From: Monocercomonoides exilis PA203
Taxonomy: Eukaryota; Protista; Preaxostyla
Length of the DNA: 64,000 nucleotides
Direction: 5' to 3'
Assembly (NCBI GenBank): GCA_001643675.2
Contig: LSRY02000076.1
Coordinates: forward strand, 42,656-106,655
Shown: positions 13,001 to 26,219 of the stretch, one piece after another
Layout of the letters: every line of letters starts with the position of its first letter
How positions within the stretch are numbered: position 1 is the stretch's first letter
The notes under the pieces: model-generated
The model's database searches: none
Seen by the model: the letters and a program-made list of their open reading frames with translations, nothing else
What the model was told of the DNA's origin: nothing
Position numbers and translations under genes: made by a program

Positions 13001-14128
13001 ATTTGCATCTTTCACGTACATCCCACCGCCTCCTACAGTCACCTCGCATGATTGAAAACTTGTTTTCGAAATGGTTACTGTTCCTTTAATAAAACTCAAA
13101 TAGAGACCAGCTCCACATAAACCTTTGCAGTTCTGAAAGGAGCATCCCGTTATTTCCAAAATGCTGTTTGGATTTTCCATACCGATCGAAAGGGCACCTC
13201 CGGCCATTGAATCTTCTGAAGTGCAATACTGAAAAAGACAGTTTGTGTACTCCCAATTGACTACATCTTCTGCACTGCTCGAACAATTCACGCATGCAAC
13301 ATTTTCGTTCTTTCTTTCACAATAACAAATCTGAGCGTTTTTCAGCGTGAGGCTTTTCGGATGCTCAAAAACAGAGCATTTCTCCAGAATAAAATGTTCG
13401 ACTTTTAGCTCGTCCAAATTCCCAACGTTAACTTTTTCCGAAATAATAATAGGAGAAACTTTTGTGGTGAACTTATATACATCGTCAATGTCCAAATCTG
13501 TAATCGAAAGTTTTCCGCTTTTTGCGCTCAAAAATGAAAATTCAAAAGGCTCAAGCAAATGCTTCAAAGTGAAAATGGAGCAATGAGCAAGCTTAAGGTT
13601 TCCGTTTTCTGAATCGAGCAAAATGATTGCAGGTGCGTCTTGTTGATGAAGGGTATGCCCTTCTCTGGCGTTTTCGAAGGTGCTCTCAAATATTTCTGTT
13701 GGATTCTGATTTGTTTGAGTCAAACAAAAATCCAAGCAACGCAGTTGCATCTCCATTTCACAAATAAAATGTGAGACTCCCTTTTGCACTGATGAGCTTA
13801 TATCAACTTTCAGCCTTCGGCTTATGCCCTGAGGAGATGAACTTCCAATTTCAAGCAAAAACTCTTTATTCCATTTGCTGCCAGCTTTTATTTCAAGTTC
13901 ATCCATAATCTTTATCGACTTTGCATCAATGTTCTTAAGCAACGTAAGTGCATGTTCAATTGTTTGGCACGGCGCGATATTTGTTCCGCAATCATTTCTG
14001 GAATCATCTCCAAAATGCGAAACAAAAATTGTTCGGACCTCATTCAGCACAAAGCCTTCATCTTTTTCAGCTTCCTCCCCAAATACTAAGCACACAATTA
14101 TTTGTAACGTAAATAGAAGAGAAATCAT
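10010..14128 (-). CDS. 1372-aa type I membrane protein, probable beta-helix ectodomain
   Basis: N-terminal signal-like stretch, three D-x-x-x-CG-x4-PC modules, recurring F..C....GG[AG] motifs, and a hydrophobic TM (IIIITASACGGAVFIAAVVIVLAICVV) followed by RRKRR. Confidence 0.85.
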   Translation of the reverse strand: MISLLFTLQIIVCLVFGEEAEKDEGFVLNEVRTIFVSHFGDDSRNDCGTNIAPCQTIEHALTLLKNIDAKSIKIMDELEIKAGSKWNKEFLLEIGSSSPQGISRRLKVDISSSVQKGVSHFICEMEMQLRCLDFCLTQTNQNPTEIFESTFENAREGHTLHQQDAPAIILLDSENGNLKLAHCSIFTLKHLLEPFEFSFLSAKSGKLSITDLDIDDVYKFTTKVSPIIISEKVNVGNLDELKVEHFILEKCSVFEHPKSLTLKNAQICYCERKNENVACVNCSSSAEDVVNWEYTNCLFQYCTSEDSMAGGALSIGMENPNSILEITGCSFQNCKGLCGAGLYLSFIKGTVTISKTSFQSCEVTVGGGGMYVKDANLMKSFTLMEVLFNGCCAENGGGAWIGVGGDEIKACCWFQNCLFSGNKFLESGADLYVSEGGTKSIDKTIFDDKTFSTSEGKSVCVQNASSGDFKERYDLLSKGSLNYFLNTDKGKDDPNCGLTKKSPCLSLKAAVEAIKTKWDVTISCDGSEMMQINQPLYFSSENSINVAGDPSQAHVSVSLSKEYAAEGNGAINVKNNAKLYLNSLGIKIDTTVETTKTSPFVVSSDSAGAFGINLSNVYPSDVKGILSCALFEIHGGYFFARNTNIFDFTSSRALFYFNKDSIDISGCIMSNLKTTSADESIFTLIGDWKEILLMSNSYTECTSPNHKKGGVIYIKYSQANAHVQISGERFESCSCTEGDGTGDGSLGGAVFIEAIDEVVDDLNIYLSQSTFTECVSDVGKWIFISSSKGVSQLTDHCFEFDLNELYGKENLMIVEERQNKEKINEGKNQKNADRVDLLMPGEHQLVYKSTTLYVGGEESVDSRDCGRKEKPCQTIECTEEHVIFGKTNSFFVSGMHTLKRSIIPADYTAFDIGSESKDIATIIIPSTLELYCDDVAVFYCVQHTTTLRSLSIEYPLHFDHRPVDIILIEDDCQLISITLKPSEEELEAYSNQFSVPFLDFKLIVAQKGTLLMSNVVVIGTISEKAASSAIASIDPMLNYRQQEYEKDGIAVNSRNEQEGDVSVCEWSSCLVSIRTQGGWREPRIDNCVFKNIKEGALLITDSVLEMENITFENNRPDPSSKAFPHLRHNIHCEKDDYCEIEIKSLNEKSDGSTDIPFGFWNKECDVYGEAVKSMAGLFYTPELKEAAIEKPSETNPANDNQMDILNKYGLNAKSEESEVTVNMKGEYLIPCGLQCEIGKKEGKGESQWAEVPISEFLNESFLKVKIEKTFLYAKDTETVEIRLRYPNGLENGVDVTSSLILKVGKTPSSPDKSKLTRQQIIIITASACGGAVFIAAVVIVLAICVVRRKRRGYVSFGKSKEKIDINSHPLAN

Positions 14129-15361
14129 TGATTGATCGATAATATAAGTTTTTTTTCAAAAGAAAAAATTTTCAGATTGATAAAAAATATAATCAATCCA
14201 AAAAATTAAATAAAAAAAATAAATAAATGAGTCTTCTTTGAATTGAATAGTGAACATTTCAATTTTTGGAAATCGTGCTGATCTTGCTAATTTCGATAAT
14301 CCATTTTTCGCTTCAATGAATTTTAATCTCGAATGGCAAAGCTTCAACTTTTCATTTTCACTTCAACAGCAGTTTCTCTCTTTGACGATGCTGAAGTTTC
14401 GGAGCAAGAGTGCCTTTCATTTTGCCACTGAAGAATTCATAAATTACTTTTGTGTGGAGTTATCATCATTTATTTACTCCTGCTTTCTCAAAAACAGACT
14501 AACAAAGCAGTTTTATAGCAATAAAATCTTTTGCATTTCCTTCGCTCTGGTATTCTTCTTCGCTTTCCCTTTTTATTAAAAATATGTTATCCATCTATTT
14601 TGCTCTAAAATCACTTTTCTCCATCTTCCAACTATTTTCATGTTGAAATGCGTCCATTTGACTCAAAAGATTACGTATGAATCAACAATCATAATCAGGT
14701 TGATTCTTTTAAACTGACTTGAAAGCTAACACGCAGCACACTCAACAAATTCTTTTCCCATTGCGAAGAAATTCCTTTCTTTCTTATCTGGTTCTCTTTC
14801 TCCTTCTCTTTCTCTCCATATATAAATAATTCCGTTTATCTTTCAACATCTTCTCCTGTTCCAAACGTAGTCTAAAAGCTACAGAAAGCAATTAATTTTC
14901 TCTTTAAAACACTTATCTTTCATTCTGCTTTGTTGGCTGTTTCAGCCGATTGACTACAAATTGACTGGGGAAAAAATCGTGTTGCGATGAAGATTCGAAG
15001 GAAGCATGGCCCAAAATGAATTATCAGTCACAAAAGAAATTGTGTCTTTTCTATTTCATGAAACTTCGCAAAAGCCGAGACGCAAACAGAGTTAATGTTT
15101 TTTTTCAATCGAAGAGAAATATACGATATAAATTTTCTAACTTTAAAATTTTTAGAAGATGAAGAATATGAAGAAGAATATGAAGAAGAATATGAAGAAG
15201 AATATGAAGAAAAAGACGGAGATGATGATAATGACAAAGTCGAAGAAGTTGATGACAACCATTACGACAAAGTCGTTTTTGTTTCAGAAAAATACCAATT
15301 TTTTTCTTCAAAAGTTTGAAAAACCGCATGGAGAATAGATTCCCTATCAAGAAACATGTAA

Positions 15362-16828
15362 TTACGAGGCCTTGCAATGAATATAGTAATCCGTAAAATT
15401 CTTTGTAACATGAAAATAGTACTTGTCCCCATTAAACATCCCATAGAAGCTGACAACGATGTCGTCGTACCCTTCCTCTTCCAGCTTGTCTATGGCCATT
15501 CTTTTCTCTGCTTCTGTTTTTGTCTGAAAGGCGCTTTCGCTTTCCTTTCTGGTCAGTTTACACCAAATCGGAGCCAAAAATGACACAACCGCATTCATTT
15601 TCTCCTTTCTTGCTCTCATTCTGAATAGAAGAGAGCTCATGAATATCATACACCTCTTTATTGTCACATATTCTATTGTTGTTTGATAATGCTCTTCCAG
15701 AACAAAATCAATTGCTCCGCCTTTAGCAATGTCTTCAAAGGGTATATTTGTAGCCCCAACGATTAAATTAAATAGATCAACACATTTTTCGTTGATTTTT
15801 CTTCTGGCGCATCTTGCTTCCCTCCCCACTTTCACTACGCATGCAACCATCTTCACATTATCTTCACTGCTTAGGGTGCAATTATCAAAACATAAATAAA
15901 GTGTCGAAATCCACCTTTTGATTATCCACATTTCTTTTGTTTCTTTTTTTCTGCCTTTCATTTCTTTCCATTGCACACACGCCAGTAGCTCTTCAAATTC
16001 TCTAATTGCTTCTTTTACGAAATGAAGCTTGTTTACAATTATGTTTTCGAGTTTTCTTTCTTTTTCTAACCTGCTCAACAAAAAACTCCAAGCGGATTGG
16101 TAAGCAAGTCGTGTCAGATTGCGATGTTCCTGATGATATTTGATGATTTCTGAAGCATAACTTAAATATGCTTTTTTATCTAATTTCTATTCAAAAAAGA
16201 AAGAAATAAACACTTAAATATCATAAAAGAAAATGAAAATTTCAAACTTCAGATAATTGAATACAACTTAAAGCCAATAATGACATTTCCACTTCTTTTT
16301 GGATTTCTGTATTTGTATCTTTTCTCAAAGCAACTTTCAAAAGGAATGGCACGCCGATTGATATAACTTTTTTTGTAAAATAGTTACCAACAGTAAAATA
16401 GCTTTCAAAAAGATCAATTAGAAGCGTTTCGTTCTTTTCTCCTTTTTTCTTCCATTCCTCAAAAATCATCTTTTCTATTTTTTGTACCAATGAAGAAATG
16501 CAAGAGCTAATGCTCATCAAGCCATTCAATACTTTGCAGCAGCCAGCATATTTCAATAGCAATATTACATATTCTAAGTGCACATTCTTTTCCTCTGTTA
16601 ATTCGTCAATTCTTTTGAACAATATCGATGTAAAAATTGATTTAAGTTCAACTCTGTTCATCTTATCAAATAGAGCGTTCATTTCAATGACCTTTTGTTT
16701 TTGTTCATCAATAGAATATTTTTCCAATTCGGAAAGTATTTCTAAAAATTTAGAAATTAAAAAACATTGTTATTAAACACAGAAAATTATCATTAAAACA
16801 AACCTAAAAATTTTTGAGATGAATGCAT
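15362..16828 (-). CDS. 3-exon member of an uncharacterised multicopy helical protein family (exons 16828-16804, 16741-16248, 16186-15362)
   Basis: Frame-preserving GT-AG introns. Shares KEVEMSLLAL, IKYHQEHRNL, GGAIDxVLEE and KLEEEGY motifs with 21154-22621. Confidence 0.75.
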
Positions 16829-17989
16829 CAATTGATCAAAATTCCGTTGTAATTATCTACGAAACTTTCTTTTATTAAAAATTGTTGTTTTAAATTTCAA
16901 ATATAACATCACGAATTTAATAATTATGCAAATAATCCAAACATAAAATAATATCAAGTTAGGAAAAAACAATAGCGTTAATAGTTTCAATAAATCTGCT
17001 GTAGAATTCAGGGTATAACAGAAGATAGTTAATATTTATAACTTGTCTCTAAAATAAGATGGAAAAATAGAAAAATTTTAATTTTCTGATCAAACCAATA
17101 GATAAAAAATTCGTTTTTCATCCATGAGGAAAAAAAACACAAATAAATTCACATGAATTGAATTAACATAACGCAATAATTAAACTGCTATTTGTGCATA
17201 AAAATGAATTCTATATTTAGACAAAAGTTGTAAAGATCTGTAAAAGATGTGAAGTATTAATCATTAATGGAATTTTCAAAAATTAATCCCTTAATGAGAA
17301 ATGACCGTGAAAAACACACCATTCATTTTTTTTTTTTTTTTTTTTTTTTTTTTGAAAGGTTTTGCGTCGGAAGCATGCTCAATTTTTATGATGATGCTTT
17401 TATGAACACAGACGCTGTTCGTTGCTTTTGAATATTTGAGCTTCAGAAATCCTTCGTTGATCGATTAATTTTGGAAGTTTCTTTGAACCCGAAGAATAAA
17501 CGTCATTGTTATTTAAAAACGCTCATAAAACAGAATCGAAAGAAGAATATCAACGAAAAGCTCTCTTGTGAGCAATGAAAAAGTTAGACTTTTGAAATTT
17601 ATTTTAAAAAATTATCAAAAAAAAAAAGTTGATATTTATTTCCAATAAACCTGCTTCAAACACAACAATTAGATTTGTTGATATTGTTCCAGCTACGGAT
17701 GGAGAACACCAACAAATTCAATCACAAATTCAATTCTTTTTTTGAACTTAAAAAAATAATTTTTCCGAACGGAAGACAAAAGAATAATAAAAAACCGACG
17801 AAAGCCTCAATGGCTTTTGCTTTACATTTAACTGCAACAGTAAAATAACATGGAAGGGATAATCATCGAACTTTGGATTTGGGATGCCTATAAAACAAAC
17901 AATGACAGAACATTGTTCCTCCTTCGCCATTGCTTGATGAGCATTTGCCAAATGAACAGGAAGTGATTGAGAGATTTGTATTTGTGCAT

Positions 17990-20640
17990 CCAACGAAAAG
18001 TGCATCAACTCCCCCATCTCTTTCGCAATCCCCCAAAACTCCTCCACCCCTCCAATCTTTCTGATCCTCCCGTCCTCTTCCAACATAGCGATGGCTGTGT
18101 CAAAATAAGGCAGATATTTTGTGTAGCATATCACCAACAGCACCGTCTTCCTTTTCAGCAGCTGGCTGATGCATTTGATGACCAGTGCTTATCCCACATG
18201 AGCATCGACACTTGCCAAAATGTCATCCAACAGAAACACCTCAGCCGATGAATAGACTGCCCTCGCCAGAGCTAGCCGCACACGCTGCCCGCCCGACAGG
18301 TTGTATCCTCTTTCGCCCACTTCTGCTTCATCTCCGCCTGGAAGATTGGCCAAGTCTTGTTCCAAACAGCAGGCTTGAATGACAACAAAGAAGCTGATGA
18401 AGTCGAAGGGAGCGTGGAAGAGGATGCTGGATTTGATGGTTTCGTTGAAGATAAAGGGAATCTGGGATTGAAATAATGGAGGAACAGATATGTGATGTAT
18501 GTTAGAAGGAGAATAAAATAAAAATTAAATAAGAAAAAGAAAAGACGGATAATACGTAAATCATCGATTTAGAAATAAATAAAATAATTCAAAATAAAAA
18601 ATCAATTATTTTCATTTTTATTCATCTTTACTTACAAACCTGAGGCACATAAGCCACCTTCCCCTTCAAATAACCTTTCCCTTCCAAACAGATTGTCTCT
18701 CCCAGAATGTACGCTAGCAGCGCTGACTTGCCACAGCCAGCAGGGTTGAAGAGGAGAGCGTGTGAATGCCTTGGAAGAGAGAGGGAGATGTTGTGGAGGA
18801 CGGGACGAGGAGATGGCAAAGGAGGAGGAAGAGGACTAATGTGGGATGAGTGATCGATGCCATACACCCGGACGAAGACCGAGAGAAATGAGTGGAGGAA
18901 GGAGGAATGACGAGAAGAAGAGGAAGAAGAAGATGAGGAGGAAGAAGAAGAGGAAGAGGAAGAAGTTGATAAAACAGTTGGTGATGATCGCAATTTATCT
19001 TTTTCTTCTTTTTCTCTATTCTCTCTTTTCTCTTCTTTCTCTTCTTTCTCTTTCTTTTCCTTTCCTTCTTTCTCATCTTTTGTCGATGTTTTGAGTTGCA
19101 TTTTATTGCCTTTTTCTTGTATTCTTTCATTTTTGTTGGCAACTTCACAGCGACCCCATGCAAACGATGCATTTGACAGGCTAATCACCATATCATCGTT
19201 ATCATTATGCTGTTCTTTTTCTTCTTCGCTCCCTTTTTCTTTATCTCTTTCTTTCTCTTTCTTTTCAACACTTTCAATGAGTTTTCTTTGATACACCACA
19301 CTTTCATCATCATCATCACTTTTGGAATTTTCTTTGTTTGTGAATGTAATCGAACTTTTGTCATCCTTCCCAAAATTCATCGACAAATCAGCAATGTCTT
19401 CTTTCTTTTTATCTTCTTCACCTTCTTTTTCTTCATTTTCTCCCCCTTTTTATCGTCCCTTCCATTTCCAAATGGCCTGATATCTCTAACCACCTCTTCT
19501 CCTTCTTCTCTTTCTTTTCCTTCGCATTTGTCAGCAGACTCAATAGACTGCAGCAGCATCTCCATTTTGTCAATGACAGTTTTCTCCATCCAGATGCTGT
19601 TCAACATCGACGGAATTCTGTTCAGCGATGTCCTGAGTGATTCAATGATTCGGATGGAAGGATACAAGAAAGACACATTCAAAGGCAGATGCTGCCAGAA
19701 GTACAAGATAACAAGCACGATGAGGGTGAGCGCATTCACAAGCGACTGCAAGTTTTCGTGGATGGAATTGGTGATAATCTGCAGTTAGAATTAGTTTTAT
19801 AGTGAAGTTATAAATAAATTCCAAAAAAAAAAGGAAGAAATAAAGAAAGAAAAAATCAATAAATTATAAAAGAAAAGGAAAAAAGAAAAGGAAAAAAGAA
19901 AAAAGAAAAAGTGAAAACATGAAATTATCATTGCAAAAAAGTTAGATTTATTTTAATTTTTTTATTATTTCTTTCTTTCTTTCTTATTTAAATAAAAATT
20001 GTTCAAATGTTACATCTAACGAATCGCACACATAATTTGATCAAACATTTCTATCGTTATCTGTTCTGTCTTTTTGATTCGTTTCTTCTTCTTCCATGTG
20101 GCTTCAAGGTTTGCCTCGAAATCCACACCGATATCGGTGAATCAACAATAATCATCAAAACAACACAAAATGATGACTTTCAACAAAATGCAACAAGCAG
20201 CTTGAAGGGAAAATACACATCAAGTGGAAATCACCATCAAACGATAAATGTGTTGAAATGAATTCAAAATCCCGCATGTGTTTGGTTCCGCATATTGCAT
20301 TAATCTTTCTTCGCCATCTCGAATTACTTCATCTTCTCTCATCCTCTAAGCCTTTTGGAAAAGAATCTCTTTCAATGCTCAATAAACAATGTTGTTCATT
20401 GTTGCCTCGATAAATTCTCTTATGCGTTCAATTATCATTCGCCCAATCATCAAAAAACCTGCGAATTGTTGAAAGCTTGATTCCCTTCCATCAATCTTCC
20501 TTCAGGCCGGATGGCCAACTCAAGTCACGAACAAATAACAAAATTATCCTGATGTCTCAAAACTTTTCTCAACACTTCAAATTTGAAACATTCATGGAAA
20601 CAAGCAAACACTCTGAAATAACAGAAAAAACCATTTCTGA
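17990..20640 (-). pseudogene. ABCC/MRP-type ABC transporter pseudogene (TMD1-NBD1 part)
   Basis: Walker A-like NPAGCGKSALL and AYVPQ, then after an intron EVGERGYNLSGGQRVRLALARAVYSSAEVFLLDD..SVDAHVG ending in a premature TAA (18189-18191). There is a frame change near 19380. Ends are approximate. Confidence 0.8.
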
Positions 20641-21153
20641 CAAGGAAAGCTTCCAGAAAACTCTTAATGTGAGGGAAATAAGTGAAATATATATGTTTGA
20701 ATTTTAATCTGCAACAACGTTTAAATGCACAGTTTAATGTGCAAATTGTTGCTTTTTTGTCTCTTCTTCGAAAAGTTCAAAAAAGCACCAAATTTCCCCT
20801 TCTTTGTTCCACTCAGAACGTTAAAATAGATATTTTTTTTTAATACACAATTCCAGACATGTGGAGTATTTTTCAATACGTTCAAAATTTCATCGAAATT
20901 CAATAGAGATCCATGAAATGAATTATTGTTTCCTTGATCAGAAAGAAATTAAACTCTTTCTTACTTGCTTAAAATAGCCTATATTGTTGGCTTCTTTGTG
21001 ATTTATTTTTTAACATAGATTATTTTACCCAATAAAGCAAAAGAATCGAGTTTGACAATTATATTTTAATTTTGTCAATTATCAACAATGTTTGTTTTTC
21101 TGTTTTTCATTTGAAATTTAGCTGTGAATTGATCTTTGCTAATAATAGGCAGA

Positions 21154-22621
21154 ATGGAAATGCATGATGAAGACAAATCCATTGACAATGTTCAGGAGCT
21201 TTCCCTTGCAGACAGGTTTTCAAGTGTGTGAATTTAATCTATTGTTTTAAAGAACTTTATTTGACATGTTTCGATAATTTTGGAAGAATTTCTTCGCAAG
21301 CTGGAACACTGTAATGAAATTGAACAAAAGCATACAATCCTTGAAATGAACGGAATGATTGAGGAAATGAATGAACAAGAATTCATATCCATTTTCAGAA
21401 CAAAACTGTTTGATAAAATGGACAAAATGATTGAAGAAAAGACATTATCGTGGAGAAACGCAATTTTGTTGTTGAAGCATGCTGGATATTACAATGTGCT
21501 GAAAAGAATTTGGATCTTTGACTTTAAATATTCTTCACTGAACAAAAGATTTGAGAAGATAATTATTTATGAAAATGAGAAGAAGAAAGGAAAAAAGAAT
21601 GAAAATTTTCTGGTCGATCTTTGCGAATGCTTTGTTTTACTGAAAGATGATGATACTTCTAATGAATTGGAATCAATTTGTGTTCCTTGCCTTCTGAAAG
21701 CTGCATCGAACAAAGAGGATAATGAAGAAACCAAAAAAGAAGTGGAAATAGCATTGTTGGCCTTGATCAATTATCTATATAATGTATGAGTGTATTTATT
21801 TTCTTTCTTTTCTTTCTTTTTGGATTTTTTCTCTCATTTTTTTAAATAAGGAAATGGATCAAGGATTGTATTTGAATGAGGTCAAAGAAATCATCAAATA
21901 TCATCAGGAACATCGCAATTTGACTCATGTTGCCTATTTATCTGCTTGGGATTGTTTGATTAAAAGTTTTTCCAATGACAAAAGCTTGGAAGAAGTGATT
22001 ACGAAAGAACTGCATTTTGTGAGAGAAGCAGAGAGAGAATTAGAAGAGCTTTCAAAATGTGTGGATTGGAAGAGAAAAGAAGAGGAAAATGGAAAAAGAA
22101 GAAAAGAAACGAAAGAAGAGATTCTTTTGATAACATGGAGCCGAACATTGAAGAATTTCCTTTTCTGCTGTCAATTGAGAATTGAAGACTGTTCAAGGCT
22201 AATTTACAGGATTGTTCAAGTATTTTATGCAGGTAAGGATAATAATGGAGAAATTTGCAGCAGAAGTATGTATTTGCTTCAACTTGCTTCAGATGATGGA
22301 GATGTGAAAGTTGATGATTTGCTGAAAGGTGGAGCAATTGATGCTGTTTTGGAGGAGATTCATTGCACAACAATTGTTGACGAAATGGCAAACAAAAGCC
22401 TGCATTTCTATAAGAGCATTTCAAGGCGATTGAAAGGAAAGGAGAAAAGTGAAAATGATGAAATGAAAAGAAAGGCAATCAAAATGGAGATATTTGAAAA
22501 GCTGGAAGAAGAAGGATACGAAGACAGCTTTGTCAGCTTTTATGGAGTAATTTCTTTTCTTTATGAAAAATATTATAGAGGGTTATCAAAAAATATTTCT
22601 GATTATTTTGTGAATGTTTAG
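21154..22621 (+). CDS. 3-exon member of the same family as 15362-16828 (exons 21154-21223, 21287-21783, 21851-22621)
   Basis: GT-AG introns join the 169-aa and 279-aa ORFs in frame. Intron positions and phases match the paralogue. Confidence 0.8.
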
Positions 22622-22735
22622 CAAAATTCTTTTCTTTTGATTTGTAACTCAAAAGCTATCTTTTATAATTTTTATTTATTTCACAAATTGGGAGGAAAAC
22701 AATAATTGAAGAATTATTATTGTTGTTTTTATTTC

Positions 22736-22793
<58 letters not shown>

Positions 22794-25418
22794 AAAAGAA
22801 AGAAAGAAAAAGGGTTTCAACGGACACAGTAATAATAAAAAAGCAATTCTTATAACTTCAAACTCTTTCTTTTTTTAATTTATAACAGATGAATGAGCGA
22901 AAAGTTTAATAAAAGTTGCAATTTATGCATTGTCCCAGATTTGTGACACACTAGTGTTTTTTTTGCACACAACAAGAGCAGTCAAAGAATTCTATCACCA
23001 GACTTTTTGACCAAATGAAAAGAAAAAACAATTTCAATGTTAGCAAAATCGAATATTTGTACATTTATTGATGATTTTAAACATTTTGATGAAAATAAAA
23101 AATTTTGAAAAATTGCAAATGTTCTGTAAACAAAATTTCAAACAATTTGCAACAGAAAAATATGCACCATTTTTTCCTTGCAAAAAAGAAAGTTTTAAAA
23201 AACAACAATTTCATCATGAGAAATGAAAATAATAAATGGGACAGAATATTCACTTTATAAAAAAAATCAATAATTTGTTTCAAACTGTAACTGCAATCGT
23301 ATAATTATTTTTCTGACATTCTCATGCAATCTTTAACATAAAAATATTCAAAAATCGAGGAAAATCTTTGAAAGTTCAACGTGGAACAAAAATCAAAAAG
23401 CAAAAAATTTCTTCCCAAATATATTTTTTTTCCGAAAACATTATTTCTCAAAATATTATGATCAATTTGAAAAAAATGTTTTCATCATGAAATTGCGTTT
23501 ATTGTTTAAAATTACGTTGCCTTTGGAAATGACATTTAAATTATAAGATGCATGTGAAATTTACACATTGAAAAGAAAAGATATCCCTTCAATATTTTTA
23601 ATAATAATGATTGTGTTAATTTTGGTCAAGACAGTTAAAATGAATCACAGTTTCCCTCTAAAACAAACAACAATTCTTTTTTTGAGAAAATTATATTTGC
23701 TGGAGAAAAAATGGAAGCCAGAGACACTACAATCATTATTATTGCATTTTAGAGCTTATGCCTTTATTAAATTCTAATGAAAATATTTGCGGATGAACAT
23801 TTGTCATAATCATTTATGGTAATGACATAAAAGTTCAGCGTTTCACTGGATTCCTTTGCTTCTTTACAAAAATCGCCGTCTCAGTTTCATTTACAAAATT
23901 GGTCAATCTCCTTCACTGATAAGAAATTGATCCAAAAAAAATGAATATTTATTCGTCCAGCCTCTTATTATCATTCGATTGCAACAATCTGATCAAGTTG
24001 AGAAACTCAATCATTACAGACCGAATATATTATCATCAGATTATTTCCTCTTGTCTGGAAAGTGGAAAAGCAACAGATTGGCGACTTTTTTTTTCAAAGC
24101 TGTTCTTCTAGCAGTGATGGTGGAGCAGTCGATATCCCTTTTACAATAACTCAAAAGCTAAATCGGTGCTTTATCAATTCATTTTTTAAAGAACTGCCGT
24201 TGAAATCGATCGTCTTATTGTACAGGAAGTGCCATTAAGCATAGGAATTACACAGATCAAGTTATTATATCCATTTGTCTATTTTGTTACAGCAATTTGG
24301 TTTTCGGGAGCGATACAGTTGGTTAATTTATTACTGGCTGCACAACGGAACATTGTAATTTTTCTGATTTTTCGATAATAATACATGCCTTAAAGGAGAA
24401 TATAATATTCAACGATGCAATTCTTTTCAAAATGGCATTGATCAAAACTGTTATTCCACAAGACAAACAGAAAACAGAGTTAGTCCAGATACAGTTTTTT
24501 ATTGCAGATAAAAGCGAATATCTTTGAAGCCTCAGCGGAAGATTCAAATTTGTTTCTTCTTCTGAAACACAATCATGTGAGAAAGATATGTTTACGAGTG
24601 GTCTACATGAAAGTCATCCATGCAACGAGATCAGTCTCTGCCTCACTCTGCAGATTGTTGATTCAGCGGCTAATATTAAGATTCCAGCAGGAACGATAAA
24701 GGATACAACAAGTTTTGATTTCAGCTAAAATGCAATTTCAATTTTTGGTAAAAATTTATTTGGATAGGCGATCAAAACCGAATAAGAAGCATTTTATTTA
24801 TCACTTTCATAAGAATCGATTGCATTTGATCCATTTGAGACATTACTATTTGGTATGACTCGATCCACCTAAACGAACAAGCCTCAAATCTATTTGAAGC
24901 AACTGAAACAGAAGAGATGGTTGTTAGCAATCATAGCACATCTTCTGGATGAGCTCGCCCAACGGAAACAGCATTTTCCCCGTTGAATTTTAAAATGTTA
25001 ATTTGATTTGGAATTGAAGAAGGATATTTTGAACATGTTGAAGACGATCTCTGCAGATTCATTGTTTTTTTTCTCTTCTTCAAACGAAATGTAATTTAAG
25101 CTATTCAAGCGAGTCTTTGATGAGACAGAAAGAACAATCACAAAGCTGCCCGTTGGCATGTGGAAGAGAAAGAGGAGAATATTCAATGCAATTCCAGGCA
25201 AAGCGGATGACAACAGAGGGGATTATCTCTTGATGAGTGTGCTGGCTGCATTTGTGAAAACTGATTGGCGTGCTGCACTCGAAAGAAGCCAGAAGTTTTA
25301 CAGATCATAACAATCACACAAAAGATGAGGCACAAGAAAGCAGAGCGCTTGTGGGAAAAGGTGCAGTGCTGATGTGTAATCGAAGGAGACAGTTTTGTGA
25401 TGCAATCTCGATTCCTCC

Positions 25419-26140
25419 CTAAAGAAGATACAACATCCACCGGAACGCCGACGACGCTGCCAGCGGTCCCACCGAAAGATCCACCGCACACATCCGCAGC
25501 GACTCCCACTCGTCCACAAACACACAATACGAAACACTAAACACCCCGATCATCCCTTTCCCGTGGCACACTTGCCCGATCGCATACATCGCATCCCGCA
25601 AAGCAATCGACAGCACACTTTCCTGCGGCACAACCGCCACTATCGCAACAAACTCGTCCATCCTCTCTCTCTGCCTGTCCGAGCTCAAGTGCTACAACAC
25701 TCTATCCGATGCCAAACACCCACCCCCACCAACACCCATACCCTCACCCACACCCCCTTCTCTCCTCTTCTCTCTCCTCCCAAACAGCCTCTCCCCAATA
25801 AACGTGATGCTCATCGTCCCGTCCGGCTGTATCATCCCTTCCACAACCGGCTTCTCCACAATCCGCTCCCACTCTGCACACAGCTCCACTAGCGCCCCAG
25901 TCACCGTCATCATCACCAAATATTCTCGCCCACTCCCATACGCACTCTCATCAACCAGCTTCAAAAACCTCAAATGCAGCCATTCAAATTCCAGAATCTG
26001 CCCTTCCTCTTCCTTCTCCAAATCATTCGAACTTCCATCTCTCCCTGACTCCTCATTCGTCGCCAAACCTTTCTTCGACATTTCCACCTGTTCCACATCT
26101 TTCCCCACTCCATCTGAAGCCATTCACAAACACCTATAAC
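25419..26140 (-). pseudogene. decayed GC-rich coding fragment, unknown protein
   Basis: ORFs 25692-26123 and 25419-25688 are in frame across a single stop, with coding-like composition. Confidence 0.4.
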
Positions 26141-26219
26141 CTGCTGCTTCTTCTTCTGCTTTCCTGCTCTCCAGTTGGGTTCCATCGGATGGAGAAGAAT
26201 TGCATCCTTCACTTTCTGT

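Noticed and set aside
22739-22791. Poly(A) after the 21154-22621 gene as a retrocopy signature
   Set aside because: The gene retains two introns, and long homopolymers are common throughout the window.
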